A DNA stretch of 64,000 nt from Candidatus Zhuqueibacterota bacterium. GTDB lineage: Bacteria; Zhuqueibacterota; Zhuqueibacteria; Residuimicrobiales; Krinioviventaceae. The DNA is taken from the NCBI GenBank assembly GCA_034521575.1, contig JAXHMJ010000001.1, forward strand, positions 263,282 through 327,281. The letters are read 5' to 3'. The notes beneath the pieces are model-generated. The model had not been told where the DNA came from. It made no database searches and worked only from the letters and a program-made list of their open reading frames with translations. The position numbers and the translations under genes are program-made. Positions 9,600 to 18,642 of the stretch are shown here, piece by piece (the first letter of the stretch is position 1; every line of letters starts with the position of its first letter).

Positions 9600-11105
9600 G
9601 TGAAAATACTGATTGATACAAATATTCTGATTCAATTAGAGGATAACAGAGTTATCGAAAGGGAATTCTCTAAATTTTATAATCTCGCAATCTCAAATGA
9701 TTGTAAGATTTTATATCACCCCGACGCAATTCCTAAAGATATTGAGCGAGACAAAAACACAGAACGAAAAAATGTAATATTATCAAAGCTTGAAAAATAT
9801 CAAAGACTTGAAAATTTTGCAAAACCAACAGAAGAGTTTCTTGAAAGCATCAAAGACGAAAAAATTAATGATAAAATTGATAATAGACAACTATTTCAAT
9901 TATATAAAGGATATGTTGATTTTTTTGTAACTCAGGATAATGGTATTCACTCCAAATCAATGAAATTTGGATTTGAAGATAAGGTGCTGACAGTCAGAGA
10001 TGCACTTGGGATATTAGAAAAACAATTTATAATTGAAATACCACAACACCCAATTTTACGGGAACATAGTATTCGATTCATTGAAAAGCATTTTGATAAA
10101 GAGTTTTTTGACAGCTTGCGTAATGATTATGAAGCTGATAAATTTCAAAACTGGTTAAATAAATGCGTAAAAGAAGATAGAAAATGTTATTCTCTGATAG
10201 TTGAAGATAAATTGCAAGCTCTTTTAATTTATAATTCTGAGAAAGTAGAAGACCATAAGATAGAGGGAATATTCAATAAAGTTCTCAAAATATGTACATT
10301 AAAAGTTTCTAATGATGCTTTCGGCATTAAGTTGGGAGAACTATTCTTAAATAAAATGTTTACATATTGCATCAATCATAAAATAGCGCATTTATACTTA
10401 ACCGTTTATGAAAAACAAGAACAGTTAATATCGTTACTTGAAAAATTTGGGTTTCAAAAACAAGTTTTTACAAATTCACAAGGACTTGGTGAAATCAGAA
10501 TGATAAAGAGTTTAGACAAAAACAAAATTGAAAGTAATGAGAATTTAATGGTAATTCATCCATTTTATCATGACGGAAAAACCATAAATAAATTCGTAAT
10601 ACCAATACGTCCAGAATATTACGGTAGTTTGTTTAAGGATGGGAAATTAAGACCTCCAACTTTATTTGATTCTGCACCTGATAGCGTAAATGAAATTCAA
10701 GGAAATACAATTGTAAAAGCTTATATTTCAAATACCCGAGTTAAGAATTTTAAACAAGGTGATTTACTTTTCTTTTATTCATCCAAGACTAATAAAGCAA
10801 TAGAGCCAATTGGGATTTTGGAATCAGCGACAAAGGTGGATAACTTTGAAGATTTATGGAATATTGTCAAGAAAAAGACAGTATTTTCGCAACAGCAATT
10901 GAATGAAATGTTACAAGAAAAGGGATGGCTACATGTAATTATCTTTAGGCTAATTACATATATGGATAAGAAAATTCGATTGCAGAAAATTAATGAAATT
11001 GACAGCTTCAAAAATAAATTGCAGACTGTCACTAAAATAAATGAAGAAGATTATTTAAGTTTGAAAAATGAAGGATATTTTGACAAGCGTTATATTATCA
11101 ATTAA
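9600..11105 (+). CDS. cassette 2 gene A: PIN nuclease - GNAT - PUA/ASCH-like fusion protein
   Basis: N-terminal ILIDTNILI...IDNRQL...FVTQDNGI (PIN); central LKICTLKVS--AFGIKLGELFL (GNAT); C-terminal FVIPIRPEY...KAYISN...KQGDLLFFYSS (PUA/EVE/ASCH-like). Confidence 0.75.
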   Translation: MKILIDTNILIQLEDNRVIEREFSKFYNLAISNDCKILYHPDAIPKDIERDKNTERKNVILSKLEKYQRLENFAKPTEEFLESIKDEKINDKIDNRQLFQLYKGYVDFFVTQDNGIHSKSMKFGFEDKVLTVRDALGILEKQFIIEIPQHPILREHSIRFIEKHFDKEFFDSLRNDYEADKFQNWLNKCVKEDRKCYSLIVEDKLQALLIYNSEKVEDHKIEGIFNKVLKICTLKVSNDAFGIKLGELFLNKMFTYCINHKIAHLYLTVYEKQEQLISLLEKFGFQKQVFTNSQGLGEIRMIKSLDKNKIESNENLMVIHPFYHDGKTINKFVIPIRPEYYGSLFKDGKLRPPTLFDSAPDSVNEIQGNTIVKAYISNTRVKNFKQGDLLFFYSSKTNKAIEPIGILESATKVDNFEDLWNIVKKKTVFSQQQLNEMLQEKGWLHVIIFRLITYMDKKIRLQKINEIDSFKNKLQTVTKINEEDYLSLKNEGYFDKRYIIN

Positions 11106-11484
11106 ACCGATTTATGCTAAAGCTATTATGTCAGGCATAAAAAAGGTAGAGTTTAGAAAGAAAATATTTAAAAAACCTGTAGACAAGGTGTTTGTATATT
11201 CTTCTTCTCCTGAAAAGAAGATTATTGGATATTTTAGAATAGGAGAAATTGTTGAAGATTCTCCAGAAAGACTTTGGGAAAAATTCAGTAAAGTTGGTGG
11301 AATTAGTAAAAAGGACTTTTTTGAATACTATAAAAATGTAGAAACAGGATTTTCGATAGGCATTGATACATATGAGGAATTTGAAGAAGGTGTTGACCCT
11401 GCAGATTTTTTTGAAAAATTCTGTGCTCCTCAATCATATATATACTTAGAAGAAAAAACGGCTACTAACATTTTGTATAAGTAA
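11068..11484 (+). CDS. cassette 2 gene B: ASCH domain protein
   Basis: VILSIKPIYAKAIMSGIKKVEFRK...VFVYSSSPEKKIIGYF is the ASCH signature; overlaps the end of gene A. Confidence 0.85.
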   Translation: MKDILTSVILSIKPIYAKAIMSGIKKVEFRKKIFKKPVDKVFVYSSSPEKKIIGYFRIGEIVEDSPERLWEKFSKVGGISKKDFFEYYKNVETGFSIGIDTYEEFEEGVDPADFFEKFCAPQSYIYLEEKTATNILYK

Positions 11485-11594
11485 TAGCAGGTGATGTAGT
11501 AAATATCAAGGTTTGTAGCCCGCTCAAACTGCGTAGCGGTTTGACGGGAAAGTGCCACGCAATCTGCCACTACTCATACAATATACCGTTGTGC
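11463..11594 (+). repeat. attC site 2
   Basis: GGCTACTAAC is the reverse complement of GTTAGTAGCC (9557); R' GTTGTGC at 11588. Confidence 0.85.
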
Positions 11595-11633
11595 GTCATG
11601 CTGGGAGACCGCAAACAGTAACTTTTTCAAATT

Positions 11634-12449
11634 ATGATAATTGAAAAAACAACAATTGATAGAATCAAAAAATATCGGACAGATTATTTGAATTCATTAC
11701 CTGAATTTCAGGAATTATTCATAGAGATAATGATAAATAATTCTGATTATTATCTTCTTCAGGTTAATAATGAAGAGATTGGTTATGCAATTAAAAATAA
11801 TGATGGTATTCTGATAGAGTTTTATTTGATTGACAAATTTATCACAGAGAGCAAAGAATTCTTTGGTCAGGTTTTAAAGGATTTATCAATTACAGATATA
11901 TATTGCAAGTCATTTGATTCTCTATTGCTAAGCAATTGTTTATTATGTTCTTTTTACTATTCAGTTCTTGGAGCAATGTATCGTGATTATATTGAGCCGA
12001 CAATTAAAAAGGATTTGGAAATAAAAATGGAAAAAGTAAACCTTTCATCAGTCGGATTATTGCTAATACAAGACGATTCAATAAAGGAACTTTTTGAGAC
12101 AGAACAGCAATTAACTGATTTTATAAAAAATGAGAGTGTTTTTACATTTAATAAAAATGATGAGTTAATTGGATGTGGAATGGTAATTCGGACACATTTG
12201 GATTGGAATTTCTGTGATTTGGGTGTTTGGGTTAATCCTTTAAAAAGAGGAAAATACTTTGGTTCTCAGATTTTATTAAACCTGAGAGAGTTTGCAATAA
12301 ATAACAATATGAAACCGAGTTGTGGATGTGCAATAGAAAATTTGGCATCACAGAAAACTATTGAAAAAAGCGGATTTGTAAGTAGATATAAACTGATAAA
12401 GTTTCAAACAAAAAAAAGCACGAACGCACAACACGCAATAAAAAAATAG
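11634..12449 (+). CDS. cassette 3: GNAT-family acetyltransferase
   Basis: C-terminal DLGVWVNPLKRGKYFGSQIL...CAIENLASQKTIEKSGF. Confidence 0.75.
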   Translation: MIIEKTTIDRIKKYRTDYLNSLPEFQELFIEIMINNSDYYLLQVNNEEIGYAIKNNDGILIEFYLIDKFITESKEFFGQVLKDLSITDIYCKSFDSLLLSNCLLCSFYYSVLGAMYRDYIEPTIKKDLEIKMEKVNLSSVGLLLIQDDSIKELFETEQQLTDFIKNESVFTFNKNDELIGCGMVIRTHLDWNFCDLGVWVNPLKRGKYFGSQILLNLREFAINNNMKPSCGCAIENLASQKTIEKSGFVSRYKLIKFQTKKSTNAQHAIKK

Positions 12450-12556
12450 GGCGTAAAGTACTAAATTTGAACGATATAACAATTAATAAACGGCTTGGTA
12501 ACTTGACAGGTAGGGGCTTTGAAATGCCCTGCGTTTCTTATTGCCAACCGTTATGC
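12426..12556 (+). repeat. attC site 3
   Basis: ACGCACAAC is the reverse complement of GTTGTGCGT (11588); R' GTTATGC at 12550. Confidence 0.8.
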
Positions 12557-12627
12557 CCAATATTAACAGGACACTACAAAGGAACAATTCAAAATGATTA
12601 AAATAATTTTTAAACAAAACTAAATAA

Positions 12628-13467
12628 ATGAATACTGTAATATATTATTTCTCAGGGACAGGTAATTCATATGTTGTTGCAAGGGATATTGCAAAAGAAC
12701 TAAATGGAGTCAAGATACCTATTGCTAATGTAATTGAAGAGGATATCGTTATTCCTGAGTTCGATATAATTGGAATTGTTTTTCCCGTTTATAATGCAGT
12801 TGTTCAAGGGATGCCTGTGATGGTTAAAAAGTTTGCAGAGAAACTAGAAAAAATTAATTCAAAATATATTTTTGTTATTTGTACCTGTTTAGGTTGGTCC
12901 CATACGACTATAACTAATTTTGATAAAATATTAATAGAAAAAGGCGGAAAATTATCTGCCGGTTTTACCGTAATCATGCCAGATAATTCTAGTCCAGTTT
13001 CTACGAGAAAACAAGAAAAGATTTTTAATAATTGGGCAAAGAAAAGAAAAGCTATATCTCAATATGTTAAGAGCAAAAAAAAAGGGAGATATGAAAATCC
13101 AGCTTTTTTGAACTTAATTATGACCCCATTCTTATCAAATGGTAAGAAAAAAACATTATCTCTTTATCGTAATTTAGCCAACGACAATTATTTGTCTTAT
13201 GAAGAAGCGGTAAAATATTCCGACAAAAGTTTTAAAGTAAATAGTAATTGTAATGGATGTGGAATTTGTGCAAATATATGTCCTGCAAATGATATCCAGA
13301 TAATTGAGGGTAGACCAGTTTGGCAAAACCTTTGCGAATCTTGCTTGGCTTGTATCAATTGGTGCCCACAAGAGGCAATAACAGGAGGAATTGTTTCAGT
13401 TGATAAATCCCCAACAGGATATCATCATCCTGACATTAAAATATCGAATATGATATTGAGAAATTGA
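12628..13467 (+). CDS. cassette 4: EFR1-family flavodoxin-fold/4Fe-4S ferredoxin
   Basis: IYYFSGTGNS, GIVFPVY, CNGCGICANICP and CESCLACINWCP. Confidence 0.85.
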   Translation: MNTVIYYFSGTGNSYVVARDIAKELNGVKIPIANVIEEDIVIPEFDIIGIVFPVYNAVVQGMPVMVKKFAEKLEKINSKYIFVICTCLGWSHTTITNFDKILIEKGGKLSAGFTVIMPDNSSPVSTRKQEKIFNNWAKKRKAISQYVKSKKKGRYENPAFLNLIMTPFLSNGKKKTLSLYRNLANDNYLSYEEAVKYSDKSFKVNSNCNGCGICANICPANDIQIIEGRPVWQNLCESCLACINWCPQEAITGGIVSVDKSPTGYHHPDIKISNMILRN

Positions 13468-13483
13468 AATAGATAAATACTGG

Positions 13484-13621
13484 GCATAACATAACAGCAA
13501 AATATAATTAATTGCGGTTTCAGTGCTGATAATCAACATTATCACCCGCACAAACCTCGGTGCATCTCGACAGGAAAGTGCCCCGCATTCCGCAACTAAT
13601 CATATTTGCGGAACGTTGTGC
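13484..13621 (+). repeat. attC site 4
   Basis: GGGCATAAC is the reverse complement of GTTATGCCC (12550); arms GCAAAATATAATTAATTGCGG / CCGCAACTAATCATATTTGC; R' GTTGTGC at 13615. Confidence 0.85.
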
Positions 13622-13668
13622 CGCATGCAAAAAAACACCCTGCTAAACGATAAACTAAATTGATAATT

Positions 13669-13992
13669 ATGGACTTTTCAAGTATTACAAACGGAATTTG
13701 ACAAGGAATAAAAACCTGGGAATCAAAACTGACGGAATTACCTAAAGATACGATTATGAATAAACGAAATAGTCAGAACCGGACAATAAAGCAGATACTT
13801 GGTCATATGGTTGATTCTGTTTCAAATAATACACATCGGATTATTCATTTACAATATCAAGCCAGTCCATTTAAATTTCCAAACTACGCTACCAATGGCA
13901 ATAATGACAGGTGGATTGCAATACAGAATTACCAAAACGAGAATTGGGAAAACCTGATTCAATATTGGAAATTATACAATGATAATTGGTGA
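13669..13992 (+). pseudogene. cassette 5: DinB-family gene with premature stop and 3' truncation
   Basis: MDFSSITNGI*QGIKTWESKL...TIKQILGHMVDSVSNNTHRIIHLQY; TGA at codon 11. Confidence 0.6.
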
Positions 13993-14161
13993 GATACTTG
14001 AAACTCATATCGATAACGATAAATTCATTGACGATAAAAAAGTTGACATTAAAATGCTTAACCCTTTGATTTATTGTTCAACTATAAGAGAATATTGGTC
14101 AATTGGAGAAAAACTTGGCGATGGATTTAAATGCGGTAAAGAATTAAAAACACATAATTAA
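13979..14161 (+). pseudogene. cassette 5: flavin reductase-like protein, C-terminal fragment
   Basis: IIGEILETHID...VDIKMLNPLIY...YWSIGEKLGDGFKCGK resembles the C-terminus of flavin reductase domain proteins. Confidence 0.55.
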
Positions 14162-14176
14162 AAAAAATGCACGACG

Positions 14177-14306
14177 GCACAACACATGGTATAGTGCATG
14201 CGGGTTTCAGAGGGTATTCCAGCGTTGTAGCCTGCTCAAGCCTTCGTATCGGTGGACAGGCAAGTAGCCCGCAATCCCTTACGGCACATACACTCAACCG
14301 TTGTGT
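14177..14306 (+). repeat. attC site 5
   Basis: CGGCACAAC is the reverse complement of GTTGTGCCG (13615); R' GTTGTGT at 14300. Confidence 0.8.
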
Positions 14307-14330
14307 GAAATAGCGTGCCGATAACTAATA

Positions 14331-16057
14331 CCTAAATTGATCGATTTATAAGGGCACCAAATAAAAACGGCGCAAAATGTTGCCGGTGCCGTCTTTTTCT
14401 ATTTGTTTTCATCTGAAATAACTTCTTATTACGCAATCAACCTTGCTTTTTGAACTGATTTTGCATTAAAGTCAGAGAATTATCAGTGTAACGGCATACT
14501 TCTCCCATTGTTTAGCTCTTTAATACGATTAATTTTTATTATGTTTTACGTCACAAATGCGGGTTCATACTCCTCAATGAATGACCATAATTTTAAAATC
14601 TTCAGGGAATCATAGACTGTCTGTGTTACCCTTAGTATAATTTTTCCGCCTGTTGTCACAATTTTGGCTGCAAAATCAATCATGATCCGACGAAAGGTAT
14701 TGGGGTAAGCGGTAACTGGTACTGCTTCACAGGGGATGTCCCTTTTATATGCTTCAAAAAGAAAATGGCTGATGATCATCAAATAGTAAAAAACTCTATT
14801 CATACCGAAACGCTTAAATGGTAACTGTTCTCTTCCAGCAAATTCTTTCTGTGATCGGTGTACTAATTCAGCTCTACCTCGACTGTGGTTTAACTCGATA
14901 ATCTTTTCGGCCTTGAGATAATTGCCACTACCAGCATTGATTAGTTTTTCATCCAAGCTCACTGTTTCGGCCTATATTGGTATAGATTACTGAATCCGGT
15001 TGTGCAAAATCAAATAAGAGTTGACCATTTTCCTCAGCTTTCTAAGAGGTAAAAATACAACGGCGAAATGTCTTCCATGATTTGAGGCGATTAGCAAATT
15101 CGACAAAAGTCCATGTCTGTCTATAAGAACGAAAAGCATCATAACTAAGATTGTTAACATATTGTTTAATATCGTTATATATTTTCCCGGCACAAACATA
15201 ATGAATACCAAGGCGTTGTTCAAAGAACCGAAAGTTCTGGTCATCCATAAAACCACTGTCTGTTAGCAGAATGATTGGAACATCTTTATAGCGACGTCGA
15301 ATAGCTTTGACCAGACGCCCCACTGACTTTATAAAGTCGCTGCCATGATTACAATGAACATCTCCGGCTCGGAACAGCGCATCAACAACATAAGGCCCCC
15401 AACTAATTTGCATAGGCTGGAATCCTTTTTTATTTTTATAGGTCACATTTGAGCCTTCACGCTTTTTAGCGCCGTCATTGTCGAAAACTACGCTGTCACC
15501 AAAAAGAATAACTTCTTTGGGTTGTTCAATAATAAGTCGCCAAATAAACATCTCCAACAAAAGAGACCGAAATATCATTTGCCCAACAAAACTGAACTTG
15601 CGAAACATCCTTTTGATTTGATGGGATGTTGCCATTTGTTCCGGGCGATTTTCGAGCACGGCAGCATAGGCTTCATCGTTTTTTCGACGATCAAAAGAAC
15701 AGATTGACATATCCGTACCATCAATAAACCAAGCAAAAAGCTGTTTGACAAACTGACGGTATCCCAGTCCTTTAGAAGAGCCTTTTAAAAAGCTAAAAAC
15801 GTTTTCAAATAGAGAATAGAATCGAATTTGGTCAATATATCTAAGAAAAAACAACAGACCACCACGACCGCTAATTTTATCTTTTGTGATCTCAATTTTT
15901 GATATTTTAGGTTGCGTTGTATCGGTTTTTTTCTGCATATTATGGCTACCTTTTGGGTTTTGTTGTTATTCTTTTTATTGGTTACACAACTAAAATAATA
16001 ACAAACTATTATAAACCCAAAAGGTTTTTTATTTTTTTAAAAACCGCTCAATTTAGG
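14331..16057 (-). mobile_element. IS1380-family insertion sequence, 1727 bp
   Basis: Terminal IRs CCTAAATTGATCGATTT / reverse complement CCTAAATTGAGCGGTTT; 5-bp direct repeat TAATA on both flanks (14326-14330, 16058-16062). Confidence 0.85.
14546..15938 (-). pseudogene. IS1380-type DDE transposase, interrupted
   Basis: KISGRGGL, DSVVFDND, YKNKKGFQP, FRAGDVH, TDSGF, RGRAELVH and KRFGMN motifs; in-frame TAG at 15042 and a +1 shift near 14955. Confidence 0.8.
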
Positions 16058-16205
16058 TAATAGAAAACCGTGCATCCGTGAACGGTTAAAGTCAAAGGAA
16101 TAGAAATGAAGATAAGAAAAACTTGCTACTGTTGGTGGAGAGGCGACTGATTAATCATTTTTAATCAATCTTTACTTTATCACTACAAATATTAGGAAAA
16201 CAACA

Positions 16206-16610
16206 ATGAACAAGATAGACGAAATACTGAAATCAATGACATTTGATTTTTTTGGTAGCGGAAAACATAAAATTACTCCATCAATGCATCTTTCTTCAAA
16301 AAATTCTTTATTTCTGGATGTAAGATCTAAAGAAGAATTAGAGACAATTGCATTTAGCCTTGTGCATCATATGCCGGTTTTACATATTCCCATTAATGAA
16401 ATACCGGATCGCTTATCAGAAATACCTCGCGACAAAACTGTTGGTATTTTTTGTTCTTCCGGTGTTCGTTCAACAATGATTTATTTTTATTTGCGAACAT
16501 TCGGCTTTGAAAATGTAAGAATATTTGAAGGGGGTTACGCTGAACTAGTAGATGATTTTAAACCCGGTAAATTGCTGAAACATATTACACAAGGTAAGAG
16601 CAAAGAATGA
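16206..16610 (+). CDS. cassette 6 gene A: rhodanese-like sulfurtransferase
   Basis: LDVRSKEE, LHIPINEIPDRL, IFCSSGVRS active-site loop, FEGGY. Confidence 0.85.
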   Translation: MNKIDEILKSMTFDFFGSGKHKITPSMHLSSKNSLFLDVRSKEELETIAFSLVHHMPVLHIPINEIPDRLSEIPRDKTVGIFCSSGVRSTMIYFYLRTFGFENVRIFEGGYAELVDDFKPGKLLKHITQGKSKE

Positions 16611-17398
16611 CAAAGATAATAATAATTAGTTTGTCGGTTTTTGCCATTGGCCTTATTATGACCATGTCTGGAAGAGGCGGAGGCAATTTCTACGTCCCAC
16701 TGCTTGTTATTGCAGGACTGGGAATGCATCAAGCCGCTACTATGGGTCAATTTATTCTTATGATTGCAGCATTAACGGGGATGCTTGTCTTTAACAAGAA
16801 AAAAATGGTCGATTGGAAACTTGCTTTGGTTATTGATCCGCCGACTGATATAATGGCATTTGTCGGAGGCTACTTTTCCAGCTATATAAGCGGGGTAACT
16901 CTTAAAATAGTTTTGTCAGCATTCCTGGTTTTGGCAGGCTTTTCTATGCTTGTTAAAATTAAAGAAAGACCTATTCAAACGGATAAACGGTTTGGTTATT
17001 GGCATAGAAACTTCAATGGTGAAAAGTATGTTGTAAATCTTTGGTATACAATACCTATTACAGCATTCGCCGGTTTGGTGGCTGGGGCTGTCGGAATATC
17101 ATGCGGTTCATTCAAGATTCCTCTAATGGTTTTATTGTGTGGGGTCCCTATGCATATCGCAGTCGGGACATCATCAGCCATGATTGCTGCTACTGCAATC
17201 ATGGGGTTTATAGGTCATACTATGCGTGGACACTTTGAGCCGGAATATGCTATTCCTTTGGCTATTGCTGCTATATTGGCTGGTATTCTCGGTGGCAAAT
17301 TGGCAATTAAAACAAACCCAAAGTATTTAAAGCTGATTTTTGCTGTAACAACATTTATCGCAGCAGTCGTCATGTCAATTAATGCCCTGGCAATATAA
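16607..17398 (+). CDS. cassette 6 gene B: sulfite exporter TauE/SafE (TSUP) family
   Basis: GRGGGNFYVPLL and GISCGSFKIPLMV...AVGTSSAM; overlaps gene A by ATGA. Confidence 0.85.
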   Translation: MTKIIIISLSVFAIGLIMTMSGRGGGNFYVPLLVIAGLGMHQAATMGQFILMIAALTGMLVFNKKKMVDWKLALVIDPPTDIMAFVGGYFSSYISGVTLKIVLSAFLVLAGFSMLVKIKERPIQTDKRFGYWHRNFNGEKYVVNLWYTIPITAFAGLVAGAVGISCGSFKIPLMVLLCGVPMHIAVGTSSAMIAATAIMGFIGHTMRGHFEPEYAIPLAIAAILAGILGGKLAIKTNPKYLKLIFAVTTFIAAVVMSINALAI

Positions 17399-17470
17399 AG
17401 AGATTTTTTACCAGTGTGAATACGTCCTGTCTTCACACTGGGTATTTCGTTGGAAGAGGCACGCCACTTC

Positions 17471-17568
17471 ACATAACAGCGGCTATGCGGTTCGGGCGGA
17501 GTACCGCCCTCTCCCAAATTGTCCTGCGCTGCGCTTCGGGCAACTTTGCATAGCAGTAAACGTTGTGC
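17471..17568 (+). repeat. attC site 6 (shorter, different sequence family)
   Basis: TTCACATAAC matches the reverse complement of GTTGTGTGAA at 9/10; arms GCTATGC / GCATAGC; R' GTTGTGC at 17562. Confidence 0.8.
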
Positions 17569-17667
17569 CATGTTTGGAATAACTCAAGACCAAAAATGAA
17601 TTGGAAACAATATGAGTGCGCCAAGCGAAGCTAATATAAGCAAGCCGGACAATCCGGAACGTGCAAA

Positions 17668-17758
17668 GGCTAACCACCAGCACGGAACCATGCGTATGAG
17701 GCGGCAACAAATCATACGAAGCCATGTTGAAGGCAGTTTGTCAGCCATAACGTTAGCC
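17668..17758 (+). repeat. tentative attC site 7
   Basis: GGCTAAC...GTTAGCC with an inner CGTATGA/TCATACG stem; outer L arms pair poorly. Confidence 0.35.
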
Positions 17759-17759
17759 T

Positions 17760-18642
17760 GTGCGTGCCAGCACCCAGACAGGCAAGTTCACCCTGTTAGA
17801 TTTATATTTGATAAGGTGAATCCTGTTGGAATACTGTTATCTAACAGGGTGAAGGTATCGAGTCCCGAAATATTCCATATTGCTTTGGGTTAAAGGTTTC
17901 ATTTCCTGGAAGCCAATATCAAGACAAACGTTAGAGGTGAGTTTGAGTTTGACGAGCCGGGCAAGCGAATGAACGGTTTTTGTGATTTGATCCGTTACGC
18001 GGATGATTTTGTGTGCGTGGTACGGTATGCAAAAGAAGCGCACCGTATAGAACGGGGCTTACAAAACCGATTCACCCAGTATGGACTGGAGATTCATTTG
18101 ACGAAGAGCCGGAACATAAGTTTTGGACGGTTTGAACGGGAGAACGCCAGGAGCCAGAAACGCCGCGCCAATACATTTGATTTTCTGGGATTTACTCACT
18201 ACTGTGACTGGTCGAGGCGAGGCTATTTTAAGGTAGGCCGCAAAACCAGTCGCAAGAAATATACAGCCAAATGCAAGGAGATGAATGCGTGGCTTAAATC
18301 TATCAGGAATTAGATAGCAACGAAAGACTGGTGGAAGATACTGAGAGCCAAATTACGAGGACATTTTCAGTATTATGGAGTGAGTGAGAACTACAGAGGG
18401 ATAGCCAGGTTTTACAGATTTACCCTGAATATGGTGAAGAAATGGTTAAACCGACATAGTCAGAAACGGAAAATGAACTGGAAGAGATTCAAAGAATATC
18501 TTGATCATTATCCGTAGCCCGAACCGAAAATCATGCACAGCTTTTATGGGTCACGTGTAAGGTGAGATAAACTGAGGAGCCGGATGTGGAAAATTCACAA
18601 GTCCGGTTCTGTGAGGGGCATTGAAGTTCCTCACAATAAAGT
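17760..18642 (+). mobile_element. group II intron remnant (internal deletion, truncated in domain VI)
   Basis: GTGCG at 17760; domain I-like stem TTCACCCTGTTAGAT/ATCTAACAGGGTGAA; RT remnant; domain V GAGCCGGATGTGGAAAATTCACAAGTCCGGTTC at 18577-18609; no branch-point 3' end. Confidence 0.75.
17969..18565 (+). pseudogene. group II intron reverse transcriptase/maturase, C-terminal third
   Basis: LIRYADDFV, TFDFLGFTHYC, KLRGHFQYYG, WLNRHSQKR; in-frame TAG stops at 18311 and 18515; RT N-terminus absent. Confidence 0.85.
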
